Positions 11,496-22,770 of a DNA stretch of 64,000 nucleotides are shown here, piece by piece. This DNA is from Perkinsela sp. CCAP 1560/9 (Eukaryota > Protista > Euglenozoa: Kinetoplastea). The notes under the pieces are model-generated. The model worked only from the letters and a program-made list of their open reading frames with translations, did not search any database and was not told the DNA's origin. The DNA lies in contig CBFFSA010000022.1 of assembly GCA_965644495.1 (NCBI GenBank), positions 105,132-169,131 of the forward strand, given 5' to 3'. A program made the position numbers and the translations under genes. The first letter of the stretch is position 1. The number at the start of each line of letters is the position of its first letter.

Positions 11496-14400
11496 AACCT
11501 TGATATCAAATACACTGCCTTCTTTAGCCCAATTGGCGGACCCTGCGCCGGATGCGCAAACAACAGCCTCCAAGTCCAAACCAGTTGCGCAACCTGAAAT
11601 TCAGCCAGAAGAGTTCTACGACTGCAGCTCACCCGCGTCAGAGGAGAAAGGACAATCACCCAGCCCAGGCCGCATACCCTCGCCCCTGCCGCTTGATGAA
11701 GTGAATGTAGATTCGACGAACAATGCAGACCGACTAACGCAAATTGTGGACGACATGCGCGCAAACGTGAAACCTGAGACTGAGTTCCCATTGACGCCGC
11801 AAGAAGTGGAGTCACATACCAGAAATGCTCGGAAAGGCGACGAATGCGTGGTAGCGTGGTGTTTCGACCAACAAGTATTGTTAAACATCTCTGCTGGCAC
11901 AGTTCAAACGGCGAGATCAAGGGCAGGTGTACGCAGACTGACTGTAAAATACGACGGCCTACAAGGACACTGCAAGGAACGAAGCTTCGCGGGATCGATT
12001 CCTGCTCAGGAAAGTGTGCGCATCTATAAAATTGTATGGATTAACGTTTTGAATAGAGGCGCTCAAGACGAGCAAGTCGCGTCTGCAAAAGATATACCGT
12101 CTGTGAAGCAAACAGTCGAAGATTTGGATTACGAACCTATTCCTACAGTCAGAAACGTAAGCGCTGAATTTATACCGTGCGTGGTGTCGGTTTACCGCGA
12201 TCTTATGAGGGATTATGCAGATTGTGATTATGCTCACCGCTGTCGGATATGGCACAGGGTGCTCTCCGCGATGAAATACTCGCTGGCAGAATTAAGAGAG
12301 CAGTCAGCGCGCAGTCGACGACGTCGCCCAGTGCTTACGCAATCCGAGCTTCAAGAAAGAGAGAAGGACGCGGATGAAGGGCAATTCGCTGATCGCAGAG
12401 CGATAAAAAAAGCCACACGCCTTGTGCTCGAGGGATCGATCTCAAAAGCGGCAAAAGTTCTGGATCAGGTCACGGTAATCAACAAATTATCTGACAAAGA
12501 AACATTTGCCAAACTCCAAAAACTGCACCCTGCGGCTCCTTGCGTTTTCGAATTACCAGCAGACGCGACACAGACAGCGATCATAACAACGGAAGAACTC
12601 CGCGAGGCAGGTCGTCGATTGGCCAAGGGCGCGGCACCCGGTCCATCTGGGACAACGGACGGTATAGTCAGACTGTTGCTCGACGATCAAATCTGTTGCA
12701 CAGCTCTGTGTCACATGTTACTGGATGTTGTAAATGGAGCGATCTCGAAAGACGTGATGGACAGGTTGAAGAGGGCAAGGTTAGTCGCCATACCGAAAGC
12801 AAATGGAAGGGACGTGCGCCCGGTTGCTGTTGGGGAGATTTTTTTCTAAAATTAGCAGAGATCGTCTTGTTGCAAAAATATGAACATTGTCTGCCGCCGA
12901 TTTTTGCTCCGTGGCAATTCGGAGTGGCAACTAAATCAGGATGTGAAACAGTAGTACACCGCCTACATAAACTCTATCAGGAAGGACAATCAATCCTAAC
13001 AATGGACATCAGCAATGCATTCAACACTCCTTGGAGGCAAGACATCGCGAACGCACTCTTCGCGTTCTCTAGTTTGCGACCGTTCTGGAGGCTTTTTCAC
13101 GCTCAATATGCCGAGCCGTCGGAGCTGCTGTATTTTGGATCAGACGGAAAGTTACACGACAAAGTTTTCAGCACAGCAGGAGTTCGACAGGGGTCTCCCC
13201 TTTCTACGCTTCTTTTCTGTACAATGATGCAACCCATCCTCGCAACGCTGGCCTTAGAATTTCCCTCGATCAAAATATTCGCATACATAGACGACATAAA
13301 CTTTGCTTCGGATGATCCTGCACTCCTAACGAAGGCATTTTATAGAGTGTGGGATTTGTTGAATGAAAGAAACATGCAAATGGCAAATCATAAATGTGTG
13401 TGGTTCGGAGGAACGAAGGGCACGGAAATTCCGGAAGTTCTGCGAATGGCGCAAGTCAACGTAGAGAAGGACGCAATCAAGGTTCTCGGCGCTTACGTGG
13501 GAGAAGACGAAAAGGTAGATCCCCTACTACTAGAAAAGCTACAGAAACATAAAACAATTTTCCGTCGGTTAAGTCAGATGGGAGCGAGCAACGTATCTAC
13601 TATCCTGCTCTCTAAATGTGTTAACATTCGTCATCGTTTTCATATTCGCACACACACACCGAACTCCTCTGAAGCGATGGCAAAGGAGTTTGACGGCGAA
13701 GTTGAGAAAGTTCTGAAGACATGGTTCGGACCAATGACGCAAGATCAACTGGACTGGGCAAGGCTTCCCCTTCGTATGGGTGGGCTGGGCCTGCCTTCTA
13801 CTGATGCACTCCTGATGCGCAGTGTGGCTTTTGAGCAGCCAAAATTCCTTTCAGCTCAAGTCACGCCTAGCGAGTCGGACACTGCACCTGTCGCTGAGAT
13901 GACGGCAGTCGAAGTCAAGATGCACAAAGAAGTGAAGGAGCGCCTTCGGAAGAACAAGAAATTTGCAAGAATCATGGACGCTACAACGAAGAAGGGTAGT
14001 TATACATGGATACAAGCAAACGAGCGACTCGTGCCGTCGCGGAAATTCACCTTAGCAGTAATGCCCCGCCTGGGAATGGGCCATCCACGTCTTCCCGAAT
14101 CTCTCACCTGCCCCGGATGCAGAGTTCTTCTAAACAGTGCCACTGCCCTTACACATATTCCGGGTTGCGTCCGATGTGCGGGAATGAATACAACGGTAAA
14201 GCACAACGCACTAGTACGCTATATTCATAATATGTGTCTGCGTGCGGGTATTCCTTGTGAGTTAGAGCCACGGCAATTCTCCACATATGTGTGCACATCA
14301 TGCTCCGAGGTGATCCGAGAAGAACGTCGGCGAGAGCACATTGCGACATGCAAAGGCAGCACGCTACACCGTTCAGGGCCCGATTTGGTTATTTATTGGG

Positions 14401-14756
14401 CGACAGGTGAAATCTTCTATGATCTCACCGTCGTACACGATCTGGCACCATCTCTTGCGGGAACAACACCGGCGAAGGCAATCAAAGATGCGATCGCGCG
14501 GAAAAACACCAAATACGTCTCATCGAATATGTTCGCCGAGGAGCGATTCGCCTGTTTACCGGTGCTGTCAAGTGGCTCGTTGCACGCCCGAACTCGGGAG
14601 CTGCTACGGCTTCTGGCGGAAAAGATTTCTATTGAGCCCAGCAAGGTGGAAAACGATTTCATACTTCTCTTGCAGGAGATGAATGGAAACATTCTCCTAG
14701 GCCAGCTCAGAAAGTACCTGAGCCAAAGCCATGGGGACGATATTTGCGCTTTTTGA
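11496..14756 (+). pseudogene. CRE-like non-LTR element family C (Tudor-like, RT, CCHC, RLE), frameshifted in T-run at ~12840; 5' end missing
   Basis: GAAPGPSG, RPVAVGE, QFGV, DISNAFN, GVRQGSPLS, AYIDD, LGAYVG, GGLG, CPGC..HIPGC, KHN, SGPD..FYD; poly(A) at ~14862. Confidence 0.9.
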
Positions 14757-14964
14757 TGGAATATGCAGTGAGAATCCGTGGTAGGAAGTCTCATAGTTTA
14801 CGAAAAGAATTGTTTGAAGAGGATTCGCAGTTTATATCATACAATTATTAAGACAACGTTTAAAAAAAAAAATAATTCTGTAAAAAAAAAAATTTTGACA
14901 GGATGTGTTATCACTACATAATGTATATTGATAATTTGTTTTAACGGGGAATTTGAACATTACA

Positions 14965-15069
14965 GAGATGGAGTTTAAATTACTGTTGCAAGAACAAAAT
15001 GGGCTCGAAGTGTATGCGCAGCTTCGTAGTCACCTGGCCGACAGGAAGGTGCAAGAATTAAGTGTTTAG
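14965..15069 (+). pseudogene. Tiny C-terminal fragment of CRE-like protein
   Basis: EMEFKLLLQEQNGLEVYAQLRSHL... homologous to the C-terminus of 928-1488. Confidence 0.7.
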
Positions 15070-16141
15070 TGTGATAATCATAATCTATTAATGTCCTTTA
15101 TTAAGACCTTCACCTTTATTAAGACCTTTAGGTAATACAATAGAAGTCTACGCATGGAAATTTAACCGAGGGGCTAATATCGGGTCAAATGACCCGGAAG
15201 GGGGTTATAATTTTCAAAAAAAAAAAAAAAAAAAAAAAAATACACCATCTTCCAGACCATGGGAGGGCACCCCCCTCAAATACACTCCTTTTTGTCGGCA
15301 TCCCCCTTCCCCGTCTCGTCCCATCACCCCCCTGCGCCGCATCCCCCCACCTCACCCTCCCTCCGCAGTGCGCTTGCCCCCCTGTTGTGTTTCTCTCTCG
15401 TGTCCCCCACCCCCGTGTCAGCAGCCAAAAGTATACAATACTTGCTCACGGGGTGGGGGCAGAGTTCCTGGCAGATGGGCCCGTGCTTCGCCTCCTCTCG
15501 CCCCTGCGTCAGTCCCCCCGTGTCTCTCTCCGCGCTCTTCTCCCTCGGCGTGACGACGTCTTTGTGTTTCGTGGCCTCCACGTCTCCCACCCTCGTACGG
15601 CAACCAAAAGTATTTATTACTGCTAACGGGGTGGGAGCGGAGGTGCAGGACCATACGGGCCTGGGTGCATGCGGATCGGTGAGTGGGGTAGGGAGTGAGG
15701 GAAGGGAAGTACGAGAGGGCTAAGAGGAGTAGGTGTGGAAAGTATGGGGAGTAAGGGAAAGTGAAGGGCCGTAAGTGTGGAAATTGTGGAAAAGTTGGAC
15801 TCCATACATAAAAAGTTAGACTCAATACTATTCCCCCCAATTATTTGAAGGAAACCCCCAATTATTTGCAAAAAAAAAAAAAAAAAATCAGAAATCCACG
15901 CCGAGGGGGCTCCATGAAACATATAAGTAACAAACAAATATAAGCAAATACCTATGACTAATTAATAGTTCACGTTTCGAAATTTAGCCGAGGGGCGGCT
16001 ATATATTTGCCTGCTGGCCCTTCGGGGCACATAATTTTCTCAAATTATGATGTAGTATTCTCTAATTGCATGGAGGGGGGTGTTTACTCGTTTGTTATAT
16101 TCTTGTTAGGTTGTTATTTTGTTACGTTTAAAGTTTTGTGT

Positions 16142-16679
16142 ATGAGATCCCAACGTTTACGGGCTCCGTCGGAGCCACGCCAGGAGCGCGATAGATCACC
16201 GAAGCGGAATAGGGCGCCGACACCCATTCAGACCTCCTCCGTCCAAGACCATTCTAAGCGTCAGTCCCTTTCGTGCCCTCCCGTGCGCCCCCCTCTCCCC
16301 CCTCTCCCCACGCAGCCGGCTCCGCAGGTATCCGCGCGACCTCCTCCGATTCCCCCTACTCCTGTCCCAGCGCGCCGAAAGGTACGCCCTTCAGGAAGAG
16401 CACTCAGCCCCGCCCGCGAACCGCCTAGCCCTCTCCCTTCCAACCTTCCCAGTTTGCCTGCGAGCTCCCTCCCTAGCCCGTACCCTTTTCCGCTGGAGGC
16501 TCCCGAGCCCCATATGCGACGAAGAGGAACCCTTAACCCCGACCAGGTTGCGGCTTCTCGCTCGCCGCGCCGTTACGAGGCCCTTGACATTGACCACGTC
16601 GAGTTGCCGCAGCGTTCACGCTGTGATGCGCGTGGGATCATGACACAATCCAGCAAAGAAGAGTTCATCACGAAAGTGA
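16142..16679 (+). pseudogene. Pro/Arg-rich ORF start, probably a retroelement N-terminus, cut by the next element
   Basis: ATG directly after the 178-bp repeated segment; low-complexity P/R/S composition; no diagnostic motif. Confidence 0.35.
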
Positions 16680-16695
16680 TTTCTGTACCTTGTTG
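16680..16695 (+). other. Spliced-leader relic (3' 16 nt)
   Basis: TTTCTGTACCTTGTTG, 29 nt before ATG 16725. Confidence 0.75.
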
Positions 16696-16724
16696 ATTTT
16701 TACTACTTTGCTTTTCTTTCTTTT

Positions 16725-19700
16725 ATGTCAGAACCTCCCCCGAGGGCGGCGCAAGGCACGCCGTCGCATCCGCAGCAGAACACTGCAGCAGTGAGGTCCA
16801 CTGACGTAAAGGAGCACAACTTGAACTTTACGGAACAAGCGAATAGACACGAGATTGGATCATGGGACCAGTTTGAGGCAAACAAGAAACTCATCCAAGA
16901 CGCTAGCACGTACGACGACCTCATGTACACAACCCCCATTCCGCAGCATATTCCCCTCAACTGGCAAAAGAAGATGGAACACAAAGCGCAAAGCATCGAG
17001 AAAAACCCAACGTCAGACCACGGCCGCCACAACACGAAAGACGAGGAAACCGCTTTTGCCAGTGTTCGGAGAAATGAAATTCTACGAAGAAGTCAAACTG
17101 GAGAGTCATCCTTGAAAATTAAGATCAGAAAAGAGACACGACTGAAGAAAACTCCGAAAAAGATAAAAGTGATACTCCGTAGCTCTGATCTAACGAAGGC
17201 GAACCTCGGACAAGCGGACATGTCACATGACGAAGGATCGGAGAGCTCATCTGCATCAGGATCAGACATCTCGGAGGACGATCGGGTGGCCGAGGTCGCC
17301 GAAGAAACAATGAAAGCTCCGGACCAAATACTAAAGATAATCAACGACTGGGGAAAAGGAACTACTTGCGAGCTACATTGGAAATTCCGCCACAGCAGTG
17401 AGATTTATCAGTCGATTGGAGAAGTTGTTACGCGACATTCTAGAAAAGGTGCAATCAGGGTAAAGATTTCCTACACACCGCAGCATCAGCCAGGTCCATC
17501 AGGATTTCTATATCTACCTGCATCTCACAAGATTAACATCTTCCGATTACGGGTGGTAAAGCTCAACCGTATTGTGACACAAACGCCATTTTTGGATATC
17601 GAAGAAACACAAGATTGTGACACGGGATGCGACTTGGAGCTTCTTCCCCCACTCGCCCACATCGACCCCACGTTTGCCGCTCACGTCATAGCAATCTTTA
17701 GATCAATCCTGCGAGGATATCCCACGCTCAAGCTTATAACAGAGAAAACATCCGTCTGGCACAAGTTTCTAAACGCACCCCGCGACTCACTCACCACTGT
17801 GCGACAAGCGATCCAGCGGAAGTATCATGTGCCAAACAAATTGCGCAACGAGGAGCCGGCGTTCTCCTCACCTGACGAGAAACTTGAACGTGAAGTCGAC
17901 CGCCGATCAATCCGCAGTGCGCTTCGAACGGCTAGGGCTGGTAACCTAAGCAAAGCTACGCGTATCCTCGACAACGTATATTTTGACTCGAACCTTAGCG
18001 TTGAGGAGAAAGTAGCGGAGCTCAAGAGTCTACATCCCGATGGAGAGCGCCCACAAGCTCAGACGGACGCAGACCCCCGAACAGGAATCATCGAAAAACA
18101 CGAACTTCGGGCCGCGATAGAGAAACTGGCTCCGGGAGCTTCCCCGGGCCCTACGGGATTGAGTGAAGCCATGTTGCGCCTACTTGCGGATGACGAGGAA
18201 TCCAGCACCGCGCTCTGCCATATGTAGTGAACGGGGAGATCGCATCGTCGGTGCGTGACAGACTGACACGATGTCGACTAATGGCCATCAACAAACCGCA
18301 GAACGGAATACGACCGATTGCAATTGGGGAGACTCTATTGAAAGTATGTGGCTCGATCCTTCTAAACAGGAACGAAGAGAAACTGAAGAAATTTTTCCAG
18401 CCTGTCCAAAGAGGGATCCTCCAAAAGAATGCGTGCGAGGGAATTGTTCACGAGGTGCTCGATGAATATGACAAGGGACACGCCATCTTGGCGATCGATT
18501 ATAAGAATGCCTACAATACCCCCACGCGTCAAGCAATCTTCGAAGCACTCAAGAAAGACGGCATCTTCAAGCCTTTCATGCGGATTTTTAATCTTGAGTA
18601 CGGGGACTCGTCTGATCTGCTCTTCTTTGCCAATAACTCGCCCCATTCGATCGTGAAGAGCACTTCTGGCGTTCGACAGCGCTCAGCGCTTTCGTCACTA
18701 TACTTCTGTGCCCTGATACAGGATTCGCTCAAAGAAATCGAAGAGTCCTTTCCAGATGTAACGGTTCGAGCGTACATGGACGACATAACCTTGTCATCAA
18801 CAAATCCCCTATCCTTGCAGACCGCCTTTCTACACCTGCACGAATCTTCACGACTTCTGGGACTGGAAATGAACTTCCAGAAATGCGAATGGTTCAAGAA
18901 AACAGACACTCCATGGACGCCCCAAACTCTGCAAGCGATGGGGGTAGCCTGCCCGCAAGAAACAGTGAAAATTCTAGGTGCATATATCGGACAGGACGAG
19001 ATGGTAAGTGAATGCCTAAAGAAAAAGATGGACAAACACAAGTGTCTCTTTCGCCGTCTTCGACTCATGGGACCGAGCAACCTATCCCTCGCAATTCTGA
19101 ATCGGTGCGCCATCCCCCGTCAAGACTATCACCTCCGAGTACACAAGCCCGAAGCATCCCTTGAAATCGCCCAGCAGTTCGACGCGGAAGTAGGCAGTAT
19201 TATTCAGCATTGGTTTAATGCAACGGGCCCTACTGCAAAACTCGCCACACTTCCGCAATATCTCGGCGGACTCGGACTTACTCCGTCATGTTTGAAGCAA
19301 AAGCACTTTTTCCAAGCGTCTCGCAAAGCCATTGAAGAGCAATCCAAAACCAATAACGCTCCGGTGGTCATAGCGGGATCCAAGCGAAACAGGGCTCTGA
19401 ACGAACGTGGCAGCCAGAAGAATGATACTTCCAAGCGATTAGTCATGAAAGCAATACGATCTGAACAAAAACGATTTGCAACCGAGCTGAGAAAGGACAT
19501 GCGCCTCAAAGAACTAATGGAGCGAGGATCCGCATCATTTCACCACCTGCAATCAACCAGCAACTACATCAATCCGTACCTCTTCCGTTTCTGTATAATG
19601 ATGCGCCTGGGAATAGTGCCAGAAAATATGCCTAAGAGTGTGGTATGCCCGGGATGCCTGACAGAATATTCTTCTGATACCATCTTCCAGCACATTCCTG

Positions 19701-20287
19701 GATGTACACAATGCTGTGGGATAAATGCAACGAAGAAGCACACACGATTAGTCCGTTTCCTAGGTGAATTGTGTGCCAAAGCAGGGGTGCCCCATGTTAT
19801 AGAACCTCGAGTACATTCATCATTCTTCTGCACCAAATGTAAGGCCACCATATCCGAAGAGCTCTCTGAACATCACCCATGCAGAGCAAGACGTATGCGA
19901 TCAGGCCCTGATCTCGGTATCATGTGGTCCCATCTCGGAGAAATTCTCTACGATGTCACCGTAGTTCACAGTTGTGCCCCGAGCTATGCCAAAACCTCCG
20001 TCGAGCAGTTAATCCAAAATGCCCTTGAGCGCAAGCACAAAAAATACGTTGTACAAGGAGGCATACCGAAAGAAAGTTTCAGCTGCTTGGCAATGACCGA
20101 ATTAGGACAGTTGCACAACAACACGAAAACTCTCATTGTCTCGCTCGCACAACGGTCACAACAAAACGTGAAGGATGTCAAAGAAGCGTTCCAACTTGAA
20201 ATAGAGAAGATGAACGCGTACACAATTGCCACGCAACTCCGACAATACTTTCCACCAATTCAGTGGCTCGGAGGACTTGAACACTAA
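16725..20287 (+). pseudogene. Full-length CRE-like element family A (LsmAD-like, Tudor-like, RT, RLE), disrupted at ~18225
   Basis: Two ORFs (16725-18227, 18227-20287) collinear with intact 44610-48098; small deletion at CHM|VNGE; AYMDD; SGPD..LYD. Confidence 0.9.
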
Positions 20288-20712
20288 TCAGAATTTCCTT
20301 TCACTTACAACCTCTATTTGATTTGATAAAATTCCCCGTCATCTCCGTTGATATCATCTCATGATCTAAGTTGATATTAACTTATTTCAGATAAAGAGCT
20401 CATGGAGAGTATTGCTGCTGTTAATGTCTGTACTTTTCTCAATATGCTTTACAATAGGAGGAACCAAGGAGTGAATTTTGTTTGTTTGGAGTGAATTTTG
20501 CTTGTTTTAATAGCTTACTCATTATTCATTCTTCGCTTGGCATGTAACTCAGCCGTTATGGAAAAAGATATTTTATGTATAAAATGGTTTTCTATAGACG
20601 CAAATTAAGAAAATTTCATGTTGGAGTTTCTTGAACACACAACATTCTATAAATTGAATTCATAGTACAGATACTCCAAATTGTAACGGGGCAAAAAAAA
20701 TTTGACTGTGAA

Positions 20713-21582
20713 GTGATTGAGCTTCTGCGCAAGGACTACGAGGTCACCGTCGAGGCTGTATGGTCCCTTCCCCGTGACGGCCTACGGCAGACGGTTATAG
20801 GGTTGGTGCATATGACGCATCCTAAGGACCCTAACTCAACTGAGTTGTTCGCCGAGTGGGATGGGGACAAGAACACTGCCTATCGTTTTCCCCATCCCGA
20901 GATCAACTACCACTCTTTGGAACTGGCCCATGTTCGGGCGCAGATGCCGGGTGGGAAACCAGTTGAAGATCTGATCCCCACGTTTGAACGCGTCCGTATT
21001 ACGGACCCGAAAGGCTTCTCCCCCTACGATCCGGTTACTTGGCAACCGTGGATCGACACGGATGATTTGTTCAAGCCACGTGAACTCACCCGTGAGCTGC
21101 GCGAAGCTCCGCAGCTTGGGGTACGCTTCAACCCTCCGCCGCAGCGTGAGCGCCTGTTCAAGATGTTAACTGAATGGGTGTACGCTGCGTGCAATACGGA
21201 GGGATGGCTAGAGAAGCACAACCTCGCCGTAGCCCTTCTCATCATCGAAGAGCTTCGCAACCATTATTGGGCTGCGGCGGGCGTTGCTGTCGAGCGTGTG
21301 CAACAGCGGTTGCACCGTGACGACGACCCTCAGGACCGCTACGGTCAGCTTGTGGTTGACGAGCAACTGAGGGGCCGGACTGCGCAGCGTGCTCCTCGTC
21401 GACGCAGCCAAGGACCTTTCTGTTTTGGCTGTCATCAGCCAGGCCACCTCCGATCGAACTGCCCCCAAGCGTCCCAACAGCAGGGGGGGCAGTTCCGTAC
21501 CACACGCACCCCGCAACAGGATTTTCGCGGCGGGGTGGTGGGCGGCGCCAACCGTTACGGCGCAACACGGGCTTTCCACTAG
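20713..21582 (+). CDS. Gag-like protein of VIPER/TATE-like element (CCHC zinc knuckle), probably 5'-truncated
   Basis: CFGCHQPGHLRSNC knuckle; first ORF of a gag-YR-RT/RH series. Confidence 0.8.
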   Translation: MIELLRKDYEVTVEAVWSLPRDGLRQTVIGLVHMTHPKDPNSTELFAEWDGDKNTAYRFPHPEINYHSLELAHVRAQMPGGKPVEDLIPTFERVRITDPKGFSPYDPVTWQPWIDTDDLFKPRELTRELREAPQLGVRFNPPPQRERLFKMLTEWVYAACNTEGWLEKHNLAVALLIIEELRNHYWAAAGVAVERVQQRLHRDDDPQDRYGQLVVDEQLRGRTAQRAPRRRSQGPFCFGCHQPGHLRSNCPQASQQQGGQFRTTRTPQQDFRGGVVGGANRYGATRAFH

Positions 21583-21585
21583 GAA

Positions 21586-22770
21586 ATGCCCCCCACCCCA
21601 ATTACTGCTCGTGCCCGTCGTCCCAGGCGACGACGGGTGGATATTCTTACCCCCGTTTCCTCCCCGTCTCTCCGCCAGCGCGAAAGACGGCCACGCGTGC
21701 GTGGCACTACTCCTCCTCCCCGCCCTCTCTCCCCGTTACGTCTAAGGCGCAGAAGCGTCTCCCTCCCAATCCGTCCTCTACCCCGGCTTCCCGTTCCCGT
21801 TTACACCGCCGCCAAGACCGCCGCCGCCAAAACCGCTGCCGTCGTAACCGCCGACGCCGCGCAGCCTCCAGGAGGACGCCGCCAGGAGCTGCTGAGGGCG
21901 ATTCTTCGAATGCCCCCCGAGGACCCGCGCGCCACTCAATTGGGCGAGGCGCTCAGACCCATGTGGGCAACGGCCACGTGGGCCACAAGGGAGCGACTGT
22001 GGTTCCGCCTGCGCGAGTATTGCCAGGCGAAGGGAATCACCGCGAATCCTGCAAACGCGGTGCTCTTCCTGGAGACTCTGCCTCTCGCTACCTCGACGCG
22101 CATGGGGTACGCAGGGGCATTGAGGACTCTGTTCGAGCTCATGGGAATCGAAGGTACCCCATTGAGTCTCTACGTAAAGGCCCTGCAAGCTCAGGGGGGG
22201 CTAGAACCCACGCGGCAGATGCTACCAATCACGCCACTTCTTCTAAAGAAGCTGAGACGTCATCTCGACGTAAAGGAGAGCATATGTTGCCTCCTGTGTT
22301 GGAAAGCCGCTGCGAGATGGACCGAGACCGCCGACCTGAGGCGGGAGCAGTTCGTGAGTGTGGCCAGTCACGAGGTAATCATTTATTGGGGCAGGGGGAC
22401 CAAGACAACCCGTCTGAATCCTTACCGGCCGTACCTCTACGCGATAGTGACTGGACCGGGGACACCCGAACTGGCTCAGTTTGTGGGAAGTTTGAGACCA
22501 GGCCAGCGCCTGTGTTACACGACGGTCCGGGAGATGGACCACAGGATGAATCAACTTCTCGGTCCGGGGTATGGAACACATTCCATAAAAAGAGGTGCAA
22601 TTACTTACCTATTCCACGAGATCTCCCTCGGGAATCTCAGGATGGAGGACGTCCAGAACCTCACGAAACACCTCAACGTCGAATCACTGTTGCGCTACAA
22701 CGCAAGCAGTATTACAACGGCAAGGGCTCTAGGGACGCAGAGAGTCTCAGCACGTCTCCCAGTGCTGTAA
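21586..22770 (+). CDS. Tyrosine recombinase of VIPER/TATE-like retrotransposon
   Basis: AARWTE (catalytic R), KT, HSIKRG (HxxR-like), KH, LRY (catalytic Y). Confidence 0.88.
   Translation: MPPTPITARARRPRRRRVDILTPVSSPSLRQRERRPRVRGTTPPPRPLSPLRLRRRSVSLPIRPLPRLPVPVYTAAKTAAAKTAAVVTADAAQPPGGRRQELLRAILRMPPEDPRATQLGEALRPMWATATWATRERLWFRLREYCQAKGITANPANAVLFLETLPLATSTRMGYAGALRTLFELMGIEGTPLSLYVKALQAQGGLEPTRQMLPITPLLLKKLRRHLDVKESICCLLCWKAAARWTETADLRREQFVSVASHEVIIYWGRGTKTTRLNPYRPYLYAIVTGPGTPELAQFVGSLRPGQRLCYTTVREMDHRMNQLLGPGYGTHSIKRGAITYLFHEISLGNLRMEDVQNLTKHLNVESLLRYNASSITTARALGTQRVSARLPVL

Noticed and set aside
12836-12850. Programmed frameshift in CRE-C (and at ~37090 in CRE-B2)
   Set aside because: Both lie in homopolymer runs and paralogues are single ORFs; mutation or sequencing error is more likely.
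15240-15830. Short ORFs in a purine/pyrimidine-skewed region
   Set aside because: Low complexity, no motifs; not assignable.
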